This document shows positions 48,521-59,548 of a stretch of DNA of 64,000 nucleotides, one piece after another. A program made the translations under genes and the position numbers. The notes under the pieces are model-generated. The model was given only the letters and a program-made list of their open reading frames with translations. It searched no databases and was not told the DNA's origin. Where the stretch lies: IMG/VR virus record IMGVR_UViG_3300026488_000010. One strand, given 5' to 3'. How positions within the stretch are numbered: the stretch's first letter is position 1; each line of letters opens with the position of its first letter. The stretch comes from a virus.

Positions 48521-49300
48521 ATGACTGAATTACAACAAGCAAAAGCTCAAGAACTATTAAATAATGTTTTTGGAAAAATGGACCAACTGATTGATGAATT
48601 GATCCCAGGTATCGTTCCAGCAAATAATGAAGATTATAAAAAACGTGATATGCAAGATGAATTTAATGAATTTATTAAGTCTATGAAATCACAGGCACAG
48701 CAGGCACGTCAGTCTGGAAAACTAACTGAAACTGACAATAATGATGCAAATGATGCAAATGATGCAAATGATGCTAATGATGCAAATGATGCAAATGATG
48801 CTAATGATGCAAATGATGCAAATGATGCTCCTAAAAAGATTGAACTATCATATTCAGTTATTCAAGCACAAATGAACAAAGCGGCTTCAGTTATATCTGA
48901 AGATTACGATGTTATTTTATGTATTACACGCGGGGGATTGATTCCTGCTGGAATGCTTGCTTATCAACTAGGAATTAAAGATATTGTATCAGTTAAAATT
49001 GTATCATATGATGACACAGATACACTAACCGGTTCAGTTGTTGATAAAATGTCTAAAAAAGATATTAAAAAATTAAAAGCTGCTAAAAAAGTTTTAGTTG
49101 TTGATGATATTGTTGATTCTGGTAGTACTTTAATTGCATTGCATCAATATTTAAATTCAGCTCTTGGTTTAAGCGCTGATGATTTAAACAAAAAATATTC
49201 AACATTCTCAATCGTCACAAAAGACATTGCGTTTAATGACTATTCAATTTATAATATGACTGGCGATGAACGTTGGGTAGTATTTCCTTGGGATAAATAA
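48521..49300 (+). CDS. Type I phosphoribosyltransferase (xanthine/hypoxanthine PRT-like) with an N-terminal extension; track start 48401
   Basis: ITRGGLIPA, VVDDIVDSGST, WVVFPW; AGGA RBS before ATG 48521. Confidence 0.8.
   Translation: MTELQQAKAQELLNNVFGKMDQLIDELIPGIVPANNEDYKKRDMQDEFNEFIKSMKSQAQQARQSGKLTETDNNDANDANDANDANDANDANDANDANDANDAPKKIELSYSVIQAQMNKAASVISEDYDVILCITRGGLIPAGMLAYQLGIKDIVSVKIVSYDDTDTLTGSVVDKMSKKDIKKLKAAKKVLVVDDIVDSGSTLIALHQYLNSALGLSADDLNKKYSTFSIVTKDIAFNDYSIYNMTGDERWVVFPWDK
48740..48829 (+). repeat. 9-nt tandem repeat AATGATGC(A/T), 10 copies, encoding (NDA)10
   Basis: Read directly; GCT variants at units 4, 7 and 10 give a 27-nt higher-order period. Confidence 0.95.
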
Positions 49301-50704
49301 ATGGCAAAAGAGATTGGTGACAAACGGGAAAAGAAGCTTAAAATTTCTGTAGAAGCAGTAGAAGCCCAAATTAAATTTCTACTCGCAGAATCCGATCTTG
49401 ATTTTATCGTTGATTCCTTTGTGGGATCAAAATTAGATGCAACATTGAATGAGACTGAAATTCTCAAAAACAATGAATTAAAAAATGAACGAAACTATAA
49501 ATACCAATTTGATAATAAATTGTTTCAAGAAATTTTTGATTTTGTAAAACCAGCTGCCGAAAAAGCAGTTAAAGATGATTTAGATAATCATCTTGCATCT
49601 ATTGGTGAAGATGAAGATTACCTCAGAAAAGTTGAGATATATGATAATATCTTTCAGACAGTTGAACTAACAATGTATAAAACAGGAATTAGTAAAATTA
49701 AACTTATCGCGTTTCACTACCTATTAAAAGGTTTAGAAAAGAAAGCGAATGTTATTATGCAAAATAGAAAAGTAAAAATCATCAGAGGTTATAAAACTTC
49801 AATTGAAATATTTTCACATGAATTATTAATGATCATTGCACAGAATCCAGAATTAGAGAAGTTTACTTTAACTCTTAGATCACTGATTGAACAATGGCTA
49901 ATAAAATACAACAATAAAACTAAAATCGGACAATTCTATTATTCTATTTTAATGATTAACCAAGAACAAGTTGTGGAAAAAATTCTGAGATATATGATGT
50001 TTACAGCAATTAAAAATATGAATCCTATTTATTTAAGGGCAATCTTTAGTACATATGTAACGTTGATTCATAAAAATATTTTCTCTTTTTATGCTCAAAA
50101 ACTTACTGATGTTAAAGTTGGATATTTTAAACAACTTGAATCATTATTTGATGATTCATTATCTGATAATGTTCAGAGAGTACAAGTGAATGAAATGATT
50201 GTTCAAAATAGAATTATGTCTTATGCTATGAAAAATAAAAAATATTTTAAACACAATTATGAATTTTTAATGGATGAATATTCTAGTTCATTTATGGATT
50301 TAAATTATTTTGATATGTTATATTCTTATAAAAAAGAGATACCGATATTGGACTATTTCTTTTATTATTCAAAATTTCTAAAACTTACTAGAAATTCTTT
50401 TAGATCACAATCTAAACTTTATAAAATCAAATCTGAATTCTTTAAAAGTACAAATAAAAAAACTTTAAAAATTTATATTAATGATTTAATTACTGATAGA
50501 TTTTATGAATATTTTTATGAAATATTTAAAGATCGCGAAACAGTTGAAATTATATGTGAAACTATTGGACATAATCTTCTTAAAAAGATTAATCAAAATA
50601 ACTTTGTAACATCTGATTTTGAGAAAATGATTTTATCATCAGATGATTATTTAAATCAATTGTCTCAAATAATTGTTTCAATGCAAAAACTCATGAGTAC
50701 ATAA
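49301..50704 (+). CDS. Large helical hypothetical protein
   Basis: 467-aa ORF abutting the previous stop; no motif recognised. Confidence 0.65.
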   Translation: MAKEIGDKREKKLKISVEAVEAQIKFLLAESDLDFIVDSFVGSKLDATLNETEILKNNELKNERNYKYQFDNKLFQEIFDFVKPAAEKAVKDDLDNHLASIGEDEDYLRKVEIYDNIFQTVELTMYKTGISKIKLIAFHYLLKGLEKKANVIMQNRKVKIIRGYKTSIEIFSHELLMIIAQNPELEKFTLTLRSLIEQWLIKYNNKTKIGQFYYSILMINQEQVVEKILRYMMFTAIKNMNPIYLRAIFSTYVTLIHKNIFSFYAQKLTDVKVGYFKQLESLFDDSLSDNVQRVQVNEMIVQNRIMSYAMKNKKYFKHNYEFLMDEYSSSFMDLNYFDMLYSYKKEIPILDYFFYYSKFLKLTRNSFRSQSKLYKIKSEFFKSTNKKTLKIYINDLITDRFYEYFYEIFKDRETVEIICETIGHNLLKKINQNNFVTSDFEKMILSSDDYLNQLSQIIVSMQKLMST

Positions 50705-50722
50705 GCTCGTGAGTTTTCTTGC
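50686..50722 (+). terminator. Terminator-like hairpin overlapping the stop codon
   Basis: AAAACTCATGAG...CTCGTGAGTTTT followed by CTTGC. Confidence 0.55.
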
Positions 50723-50781
50723 GCTTAGAATTAACATGCCTCTTTTATACAAGACAAACAAATAATTAAAAGGATGTATCA

Positions 50782-52134
50782 ATGTTAATGACAATTACAG
50801 AAAAAGAATATATTGGTGTTATTCGAAGCGGTGTTCAAACTGCAAGTGCTGAAGGGAAGTATTTAGTACATATTGATGAACTAACAGCAATTGCTGGTGA
50901 TAATGCTATTTGGGCAAGAAATGAGATATCTGGAAATCGCTTTAGTCGATGGGTAGAAATTGGCTCAGGTAATATTAAATCATCAGGACAGTATTCACCT
51001 TTAAAAGAAGGCATGAATGTTAATGTTAGATTTAGATCTAATGCTTTAACATCTGCTTATATTACAAATATTATTGCTCATAGCCCATTACCAGATACTC
51101 CTGAGAATAGAGATACTTTTCACTTAATAAACAAGACTGAAAAAGGTTCATGGATATACCAAGATGATTCTAGAGATATTACTCACATTGCACATAATGA
51201 TGGTGCGTCAAATGTTACTCTAACATCAGATAAAGTTTTATTACATGTTGGTTCTCCAATTAATGGTGGGTTAACAGGTGTATTAAAACAAAACGCTATT
51301 GAAGTTTCAGAAAATGGTACAACTATGGAGTTTGGTCAAAATTCTATAACAATGGATGATACTGGAATATCTTTTAGAGTTGGTAAGAAAAATGCGATTA
51401 TTATAACTGATAGTGGGATAAAATTAATTACTGACGGTTTATTAGAAATTGAGACAGATAAAGATATTCGGATGAAGAGTGCAACATATTATAACACTGC
51501 AAGTAATGAGATTAATCTCAGTTCAAATGTTATAAGAAGTACCGGAAATACTAGAAACATCATGACTGGGAATGAAGTTCAGCTATCAGCTAAAACATTA
51601 ATTTATTTAAAATCTGATACTAATGTTCAGATCGATGCGTTAGCACGAACTGCGATAACCGGTTCGTTAATTGAAGTCGTTGCTGATTTAAATGTTTACA
51701 TGACTGGACAAGTAATTGATTTATCAAGCACATCTTTAGTTTTAGAAGGAGATGCTGTCGCAATTGGTTCATCCGTTATTCAAATGGATGGTTTAATTAT
51801 GGCTGGGATGGGATTAGGTTCTGCTGTGGCATCTGCAACATTAGCATTGAATAAAACTATGTCTGCTGGACTAGATTTAGGCGGTATGGGAATTGCTGCG
51901 GCAACTGGTTTTAATGATCCAATTACAGCAACGATGACTTCAGCAATGGCTGCATCTATTCCAGGATCAGCAAACCCTTGTCCAAATATAGTTGAACCAA
52001 TATTTGTACATGCTAAAATAGGTTCTGAAATATCTGAAACTATGAGATACATAACAGCTGTTGATGCATCATATGGTTTAGTTATACAAGAACAATTTGA
52101 AAATTTAAGGAGCACACATGAATTCTACTCTTGA
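50782..52134 (+). CDS. Baseplate spike, gp5/VgrG-like (OB fold plus beta-repeat region)
   Basis: N-terminal G.V...GKY.V.I...W...VNVRF pattern; repeated short beta strands; PAAR gene nearby; no lysozyme motif seen. Confidence 0.6.
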   Translation: MLMTITEKEYIGVIRSGVQTASAEGKYLVHIDELTAIAGDNAIWARNEISGNRFSRWVEIGSGNIKSSGQYSPLKEGMNVNVRFRSNALTSAYITNIIAHSPLPDTPENRDTFHLINKTEKGSWIYQDDSRDITHIAHNDGASNVTLTSDKVLLHVGSPINGGLTGVLKQNAIEVSENGTTMEFGQNSITMDDTGISFRVGKKNAIIITDSGIKLITDGLLEIETDKDIRMKSATYYNTASNEINLSSNVIRSTGNTRNIMTGNEVQLSAKTLIYLKSDTNVQIDALARTAITGSLIEVVADLNVYMTGQVIDLSSTSLVLEGDAVAIGSSVIQMDGLIMAGMGLGSAVASATLALNKTMSAGLDLGGMGIAAATGFNDPITATMTSAMAASIPGSANPCPNIVEPIFVHAKIGSEISETMRYITAVDASYGLVIQEQFENLRSTHEFYS

Positions 52135-55100
52135 TTTTGCTGCCGCTTATAGTGGTGGTTATAAAGGTCAGAAACGTTCATTATTAGATAGTGAGGCACA
52201 AAATAGCCTTAATGAGCAATTAGATGCCGCAAGTTCTGCAGCTAATGATAAGTTACAAGATATGGGTCTACCTGCATGTCATTTAGATTTTAGTGCTCTC
52301 GGCAATTTAAATTTTGATTATTTTGATGTTCAAGCTTCGCCTATAAATTATAAACTTTTTATAAAACTTAGACGAATTGGTGATGAGATTAGAATAATCA
52401 ATGATACATTTATTGATTTAATTGAGGAATTCAAATGTTGTAATACCGCAGAGTATTACAATGATAAAGTTGTGGATGGAATATTTAGATGGGTAGTTGA
52501 AGATTTTTTAGGCTCACTTGTTGATACAGTCGAAGGTATTATTAAAGCTGGACATGCTATTAAAATTATATTATGTACTGTTCGACCAGTTCCTGGTAAC
52601 CCTTGGTTAGGTGCTGGTGGTTGGGATTGGATGAATACATTATATTCTGCAGTTAATGGTTTTGATGCAATTGTTGATTGGATTCTAGATGGTAACCCAT
52701 TAGATGCCTTTTTAAAACCTTTAGTTTCGTTTAGAAAGAAATTAAAATCATGTACAAAAGCATCTGCTCTTTTTGAGAATCAAGATCCAAGTGCTATCTC
52801 TGATGGCATGTTAAGAAAGTTGATTGACAATTATGAAGCAACTGATACTAAACCAAAAGATAAAGAGAAAGATGCTTATGCTAAGGCAACAACAGAACTG
52901 AAACAGAGTTCTGATAAGCAAACTTTATTAATTCGTGAAATTTCGCAACTTGAAAGAGATCGCAGATCTGCTTTAGCTTATGAGGATGTTAATGAAAATA
53001 CTGGGCCTATTATAGGTGCAATTGATATTGAAATTCAAGAAAAAACTGACGCCTTAGCAATTGCTCAAACGTCAGTTGCTAAGGCACAGGATGAATACGA
53101 TGTTGCCGTTAAGCCTATTGAAAAAGCAGCCGAAAATGATATACAGGCAAGATACACATCAGATGCTTTAGTTCATAAAAATTTAGATCAAATAATTCTT
53201 GATAAATATGAGCCAAGTTGTACATGTTTAGCAGGATTTTTGGGATTAACTATTAATCAACCATTTGAATTTGTAACTGTTTCAACATTTAATGATATTG
53301 AAAAATTATTATCAAAGCGCGTGCATTCATCTGATGATGGTGCGTGGGCAAATATTGTTGATATGGTAGAAGATGGGGGATTAGATGGCTCAGTTGATGC
53401 AACGACCATTAAAGATTTATATATCAATAAAAATAATATTGAAAAGAAATATAAAAAATTAAATTCTTCGATTGATCGAGATAATCTTAAAAATTTAAGA
53501 TTATGGACTGATGCATTATTTAACCATGATTATGATAGTACTGTTATAAATTATACATATACAAATCACAATGGTGCATATGTAACTGAAGAGTACAATA
53601 TTGAAACTGATTCATTGTTGCTTTTTAAAGATAAAGAACCTACTGATACATTAGTAAGTTTATATAGTGATGATACAGATCAAAGCACAACTGATATTAC
53701 AAAACAAGTTTTTGAAAAAAATGAGTCAAGATTGAGAGAAAGATATAGAGTTGCTCAAGAGCGGTCAATATTGGCTCAACGCCGTTATAGAATTGAAGAT
53801 CAATTAAATCAAGTATGGAATACTCTTAGACGTAATGCTTTACAACAGTTAAAATATAATCGTTATTATGCAGCTAAGGCTGATGAATCTTTTGTTGATT
53901 CTGTAATATTAAAAACATTTAATGTTCTTGCAAATTCATATGATTATTTATATGCACAAGCAACTTTAGATAGACTTGGTCCAAGCTTTGATGTTGTTTA
54001 TTTTCTACAAAATTTTACATCAGCAACCAATGCTGAAATAAATGATTTTACTGATCCAGTTGGCGCATTATTTGATCCGAATTTTATACCAGAGGAATTA
54101 TATTTGGTATATGATGAAACAGATGATTCTAGACCATTTATTGGAAATTTTCAAACTCTTCAAAGTTCGTGGGTTGAACTAGATGAATCTATTGGAATAT
54201 TAGATGCGGCAATTAATAAATTAGATATTTTAACAGAAATGAATAATGTTGTTATTCAGGTAGTTGGTACAGCATTAACTGAATGTGGTTGTGATTTATT
54301 ATGTAAGATAATTCAATGGGTTGTTGATTTAATTATATCAACAGCAAAAGGTCTAATCACAATGATTATTAAAAAACTTGTTCAAGCAATTATGAATGAA
54401 CATGTTAGTTATATAATTAAAATGGTAATTGATAAATATAAATGTTTTCTTGATGGAAAAGAATTTAATGATAATATGGATATTTTAGAAGAGCGAGCAG
54501 ATGCTTTAAAACTTATGTTTGATACAGGGACTGTTGAAGAACCAGGCGAGGCACCTCTAAATTATATGAAAGCTGCTGCGTATTGTAAGGTTGAAGAAGA
54601 TGCTAAAACAAAAGATGCTGCTGCATTAGAAGATGATACTGTAAACTTACCATTAGATGAACAAGTTTTACAAGATGATGGTACAACAATATCTAATCCA
54701 CAACCAGCATATGGTGTAGATGCGGGTCCAGAAGAACCTGGTAATCGTATTATAAATAATGGTGGTAGTGTTAAAGAATCTAAAACTGAACGAAATATTC
54801 CAGAAATTGTTTTAGATTGTTCAGTATTAAAACCATCTATTGAAGTGGTTTTAGAACATAGAGATTCATATGAATTTATGGTTGCTTTTAAACCTAGCGA
54901 TTATATATTGACAGCGGATATTCATTCTATTCCACAAGATCAAGCTCAAAATAATATCGATATTTTAGACGGTGATGGTAATGTAATTGATGATTCAGAT
55001 GCAAAATCAAAAGTTGATGATATATCAAATATTATGAATAATGTTCAAACACAATTAGCGCAAACATTAATTGAACCTATTTATATTGAACCTGATTGTG

Positions 55101-57160
55101 ATGATATTACTGATGATAAAGAAAATCTTTTACAATTATGTTCATTAAATAATTTATTAATCAATGAGTTTAAAATTATAGATAATGATTTAGAAGTATC
55201 TGATGCTACAGTTTATGGTACATTAAGTACACAATTAATAAATTATGCAGATGATGTTTACGAGAATTTTTCTGATACTGAACCTCGATTATTAAAAGAG
55301 AATGAAAAGTATTTTACTTATACAATTCCTGAAAATGTTGAAACAGTAACTGGTCCAGCTATATCTTCTCAAACTCGTGATGCAGTTGAGGGTGCGGATA
55401 ATACTCCTAGAACTGTTACGAGCACAGATGTGTCTTCAACGGTAGATGAAATAATAACTGTTTACACATCAATTGAATATTCTTATGAAGAAGTTGATGA
55501 CGTATTGAAAGAAACTGCTGTCACATCAAAAACAACAACAGTTAATAAACAATTCAGATATCCCAATTTGGAAATATTGGTTGAGTTTAAAAATAAAGTT
55601 AATAGATTACAAGTTCGTGTAACTTTAGATGTTTTAGCTGATCGAACTTTTGAACAGCCAACCGAATATGATGTTGGTTCATATGATGGTCGATATTTAG
55701 ATGTCGCTGATTTAGGTTCAGTAAATGCTTCAACTGGTATATTAATTATTAGTGTTGAGCGTATCTATAAAGCTTGTCAAAATCTTTTAACCGAAAGTTT
55801 TATGATAAAGAATCCTGAAGAGATTATTGAAAATATTAATAAAGATCCAATTGATACATGTTTACTTGGAGATACTGAAAAAGCAAAAACTTTAGAAGTT
55901 CAAGGAATTGTAGATTCAACAACTGCTGTAGTTGATAAATTTAGCGATGATTTAGAAAATGTAATTGATAAATTAGATTTGCCAAATCCAGTTGTTGATG
56001 CAACAACTAATCCAATAGTTATACCAGATATGAAATATTCAATACCATTTATAGTATTGAATAAAGAATTTAATTTGATGATTCAAATTGTTGATCGAAA
56101 GATTTATTTACAATTTCCAAGTTCATCAATGGTTAATGCTGAGCCGGTTATCATTGATTATGAATTAGTCCCTGATGATATATACATGTTCTCTTTTAAA
56201 TTTAGTGGGCTATTATTTAATATGTCTCTTATTACTCCAGATAAAGAAGTGATAAGTGTTAAAGGTATCAACATTGATGGTTATCAATTATTCCCTACAA
56301 TTCTAGGTGGAAATGTAAATAAGACCGCATCATTTTGTGGAACATTTTATGATATCATAATGTCAAAATCGGGTAACTATATGTTACCTCATAATAAAAA
56401 ATCATTGTTGAGTTATGTTCCTAGAACATCTTCTATATTATTTGATTTTGGATTATTTAAAGATGGTCGAGTATTAAACACTATAGGTAAAGCTGGTGAT
56501 AGATTTATAAACTCAACAGATGGAGTAACAGATGATTTCGCATCACCTATTGCACCTGCTGAACAACAAGCAAACGCGATAGGAAAAGTTATAACAAAAA
56601 GAGGTTTCTATCAAGTCTTCGAAGGATATATGGATAGTTTCTTTTGTAAGAATAATCTTATTGGAAAAGACTTTACTGTATCATTATGGTTGTATAATTT
56701 AAAAAATACAAAAACAAAACATGTTATCATATCTGATGATATCAATGATATATATGTTTATTATAATGCTTTTGAACAAAAAATGGTTTTAGATATTCAA
56801 GGGGTTGAAAACTTCGTTTATATTGAATTGGATTATTGGACACATATAACTTTTAAACATGTTTTATATGCTAATAGTTATCAATTAATTATTCATAAAC
56901 TTCCTGATTTGGAAACAAATGTTCAAGAAGAAAAATTAGTAGTTAATGTTTTATCAAAAGTTCAGTTCGCATTAATGGGTATATTTGCTGAATATAATAA
57001 AGAAGATCGTAGATATGATAATAAATTTAATGGACTATTATCAACATTATCTATATTCTTTACACCTATAGATGATGCAACATATGATGATTTACATACT
57101 AATCAACAACGATTAGTTCGAGGTATGGAAAATGTTGAAAGGATAAGTTATGTATACTAA
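52118..57160 (+). CDS. Very large virion/baseplate-associated protein with a C-terminal LamG-like domain
   Basis: 1680 aa, acidic; FTVSLWL...WTHITF...FNGLLSTLSIF; lies between the spike and PAAR genes. Confidence 0.55.
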   Translation: MNSTLDFAAAYSGGYKGQKRSLLDSEAQNSLNEQLDAASSAANDKLQDMGLPACHLDFSALGNLNFDYFDVQASPINYKLFIKLRRIGDEIRIINDTFIDLIEEFKCCNTAEYYNDKVVDGIFRWVVEDFLGSLVDTVEGIIKAGHAIKIILCTVRPVPGNPWLGAGGWDWMNTLYSAVNGFDAIVDWILDGNPLDAFLKPLVSFRKKLKSCTKASALFENQDPSAISDGMLRKLIDNYEATDTKPKDKEKDAYAKATTELKQSSDKQTLLIREISQLERDRRSALAYEDVNENTGPIIGAIDIEIQEKTDALAIAQTSVAKAQDEYDVAVKPIEKAAENDIQARYTSDALVHKNLDQIILDKYEPSCTCLAGFLGLTINQPFEFVTVSTFNDIEKLLSKRVHSSDDGAWANIVDMVEDGGLDGSVDATTIKDLYINKNNIEKKYKKLNSSIDRDNLKNLRLWTDALFNHDYDSTVINYTYTNHNGAYVTEEYNIETDSLLLFKDKEPTDTLVSLYSDDTDQSTTDITKQVFEKNESRLRERYRVAQERSILAQRRYRIEDQLNQVWNTLRRNALQQLKYNRYYAAKADESFVDSVILKTFNVLANSYDYLYAQATLDRLGPSFDVVYFLQNFTSATNAEINDFTDPVGALFDPNFIPEELYLVYDETDDSRPFIGNFQTLQSSWVELDESIGILDAAINKLDILTEMNNVVIQVVGTALTECGCDLLCKIIQWVVDLIISTAKGLITMIIKKLVQAIMNEHVSYIIKMVIDKYKCFLDGKEFNDNMDILEERADALKLMFDTGTVEEPGEAPLNYMKAAAYCKVEEDAKTKDAAALEDDTVNLPLDEQVLQDDGTTISNPQPAYGVDAGPEEPGNRIINNGGSVKESKTERNIPEIVLDCSVLKPSIEVVLEHRDSYEFMVAFKPSDYILTADIHSIPQDQAQNNIDILDGDGNVIDDSDAKSKVDDISNIMNNVQTQLAQTLIEPIYIEPDCDDITDDKENLLQLCSLNNLLINEFKIIDNDLEVSDATVYGTLSTQLINYADDVYENFSDTEPRLLKENEKYFTYTIPENVETVTGPAISSQTRDAVEGADNTPRTVTSTDVSSTVDEIITVYTSIEYSYEEVDDVLKETAVTSKTTTVNKQFRYPNLEILVEFKNKVNRLQVRVTLDVLADRTFEQPTEYDVGSYDGRYLDVADLGSVNASTGILIISVERIYKACQNLLTESFMIKNPEEIIENINKDPIDTCLLGDTEKAKTLEVQGIVDSTTAVVDKFSDDLENVIDKLDLPNPVVDATTNPIVIPDMKYSIPFIVLNKEFNLMIQIVDRKIYLQFPSSSMVNAEPVIIDYELVPDDIYMFSFKFSGLLFNMSLITPDKEVISVKGINIDGYQLFPTILGGNVNKTASFCGTFYDIIMSKSGNYMLPHNKKSLLSYVPRTSSILFDFGLFKDGRVLNTIGKAGDRFINSTDGVTDDFASPIAPAEQQANAIGKVITKRGFYQVFEGYMDSFFCKNNLIGKDFTVSLWLYNLKNTKTKHVIISDDINDIYVYYNAFEQKMVLDIQGVENFVYIELDYWTHITFKHVLYANSYQLIIHKLPDLETNVQEEKLVVNVLSKVQFALMGIFAEYNKEDRRYDNKFNGLLSTLSIFFTPIDDATYDDLHTNQQRLVRGMENVERISYVY

Positions 57161-57425
57161 AGTTGGTTCAGTTGCAATGGGGACGTGCGTTTGTGTGGTC
57201 CCACCAGTAACTCCTTTTCCTGCAACAGGTGTTGTTATATCAGGCGATCCTAATTTTTTACAAGAAGGTTTACCAGTAGCAGTTGCCGGTACGTCTATGG
57301 TAATGTTCCCATGTGGAACATCAACAATTATTCCAACAAAAACTGATTTTTTACTTGGTGGAGTACCAGTAAGTTCTCCTGGTGATACAACTATAGGTTG
57401 TGGTATGGGAACAATAACTTTATAA
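57150..57425 (+). CDS. PAAR-like spike-tip protein
   Basis: GLPVAVAG and GGVPVSSPGD repeats with Cys residues; 91 aa. Confidence 0.75.
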   Translation: MYTKVGSVAMGTCVCVVPPVTPFPATGVVISGDPNFLQEGLPVAVAGTSMVMFPCGTSTIIPTKTDFLLGGVPVSSPGDTTIGCGMGTITL

Positions 57426-57434
57426 GGAAATTAA

Positions 57435-59540
57435 ATGTCGCACAAAGCAACTGAAGATTTAAAAATAGCACTTATATCAGGTGATGCACTTATTGGTGCA
57501 GCGGTTGGTGCTGTTCAAACTGCAATCACAAATATGAATAATGAGATTGCAAATGATGGTGGTAGCACTGGAATAACTATATCAATGTTAACACCTGCTC
57601 TTGGAGGTATGGCTTCACCAAGTGGAGACATCGATTCAAGTATTGGTCAATTTACTGACTATATGATCAATCATGGTAAAGATATGATCATGGTTTCAGA
57701 CCAAGCAGATCAATTTGTATGTATAGCGAATGATACATTTTCCAGAATTGTTGATGTATATGGTACTCTTCAATCAGATTTTGTAACACCATATGTAACT
57801 GCGATTTCAACAATAGTTGAAAAGTTGTCAGATATACAATCATATGTTGAATCAAGACAAGGATATACATCAACATCTGAGGTCGCTGAAACTCAAAATC
57901 AAGTTGATATATTAAATCAAGTATCAATAGATAATTATAATTCTTTTTTAGCAACATTGAATGATGCTCAAGCATTGTATGAAATGAGTACAACAACTTT
58001 GAATCAATTTAAAGAGATTCTTCAAGTTAATGCTGTGGTAGGTATTGCATTATCATTATCAAAACAAGGTTATCAAGAGTTAGTTGTTATGAATCAATTA
58101 TATTATAGAATTGATACTGATAATCCTGATGATGTTGTTGTTACTGATTCAGGCGATTCTACAATTTTTAATAGTAATGATACATCATTTAAAGAAGATC
58201 AAAAAAGATTGTTAAAATTGTTAACTGCTTCGTTATTAGAAAAACATGATTATATTGATAATACTGGAACTGTTCGCGTTGATCATACATTAGATGGTTC
58301 ACCAGCAGATATTATTGTACCTAAGGCATTACAAGAATTTCAATTGGTTCCATCAGATATTGTTGCAGATAAACCATCTTTTAATTTATTTGATGATTTA
58401 TTTAAGGCTATAACTTTTGCTGAACATTTAAATAATGAATCAAAATTAACTGATACAATATTACAATTACATTATGATACAATAATTGACCCATTAGTTT
58501 CATTTGAAGTTTTTAAAGCTGAATTTGTAACAATTAATGAAGTACTCTTAAAATTTATAGGTGGTATAGATGCACCTATTATATCAGAGTCCAAGGACGA
58601 TTTTAAGCTTCATCAAAATTGGAAAATATTAAAAGATTTAATATCATTAAGGGATTCACAAGCGATACCAAGTGAGCCAAAAACATTTAAAGGTATTGAA
58701 TTATTTAATGGGACGAGTACTGAAAACTCAGAATATTATAATGATTATATGAGTCAGTTATATAACACATATTCAGTTAGTACTGAATTTTTTGATACAT
58801 CTGAACAATACATTGCAGCATTCAATTATGTATATCAAGAAGAAGATTTAACAGTTACTTCTAAATCTGGGAATTGTGTAGTTTCAGTTTTTGAAGGATT
58901 TGGCGCAGATGAGAAGTTGATAGAATTGGTAGCTAAATTTCCATTTAAAACTAAATATTATTCTGATTCAATAGGTGTTGTTTATGTTGAGGCACAGATT
59001 GGGGATAATGTTATTATTTTGAAAGATAATGTTTTATACACCTTTTATAAAACATTAGATGTTGATCACCATTCATTTACATCTGTAAACACTTCACATA
59101 AAGATATAACTCTTGGTTATAAAATGTCAGGTTATTTATCAAATGAAGATTCTAGTTTATCATTAACTAAACAATATTTAAAAATTGATGATAATAATGT
59201 TTTAAATAAATCTGCTTTGGGTATTATAGAGAAATCAAAGATTTCTACAAAAATTATATCAGATGATGCAAGTGCCACAACATTTACTTTAAATAAAAGA
59301 ACCGTATCAGAAATAGATAATATTATTTACACTAACGATTATAATCAAATTGAGCGAATAGTTACTAATATAACGAATGTATATAGAGAAAAACTTATAA
59401 ATAAAGAAATTGATTTTACCGAAGCTCGTTTGAAATCAATTTTAGGTTCTCTAGAATATTTAGATTATCAAAGAAAATTTGATAACTATATTGATTATAC
59501 TTGGACAGCTGGGGTTCCTAGAGTTGTTCGTGAACATTAA
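57435..59540 (+). CDS. Probable virion structural protein
   Basis: 701 aa, downstream of PAAR; function not recognised. Confidence 0.55.
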   Translation: MSHKATEDLKIALISGDALIGAAVGAVQTAITNMNNEIANDGGSTGITISMLTPALGGMASPSGDIDSSIGQFTDYMINHGKDMIMVSDQADQFVCIANDTFSRIVDVYGTLQSDFVTPYVTAISTIVEKLSDIQSYVESRQGYTSTSEVAETQNQVDILNQVSIDNYNSFLATLNDAQALYEMSTTTLNQFKEILQVNAVVGIALSLSKQGYQELVVMNQLYYRIDTDNPDDVVVTDSGDSTIFNSNDTSFKEDQKRLLKLLTASLLEKHDYIDNTGTVRVDHTLDGSPADIIVPKALQEFQLVPSDIVADKPSFNLFDDLFKAITFAEHLNNESKLTDTILQLHYDTIIDPLVSFEVFKAEFVTINEVLLKFIGGIDAPIISESKDDFKLHQNWKILKDLISLRDSQAIPSEPKTFKGIELFNGTSTENSEYYNDYMSQLYNTYSVSTEFFDTSEQYIAAFNYVYQEEDLTVTSKSGNCVVSVFEGFGADEKLIELVAKFPFKTKYYSDSIGVVYVEAQIGDNVIILKDNVLYTFYKTLDVDHHSFTSVNTSHKDITLGYKMSGYLSNEDSSLSLTKQYLKIDDNNVLNKSALGIIEKSKISTKIISDDASATTFTLNKRTVSEIDNIIYTNDYNQIERIVTNITNVYREKLINKEIDFTEARLKSILGSLEYLDYQRKFDNYIDYTWTAGVPRVVREH

Positions 59541-59548
59541 GGATATGT

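Noticed and set aside
49301-50704. Phage sigma factor or RNA polymerase subunit
   Set aside because: The position before the structural genes is suggestive, but no sigma region or DxDGD motif was seen
50782-57425. Type VI secretion system (VgrG plus PAAR)
   Set aside because: No Tss membrane or ClpV genes, and the context is a phage virion module
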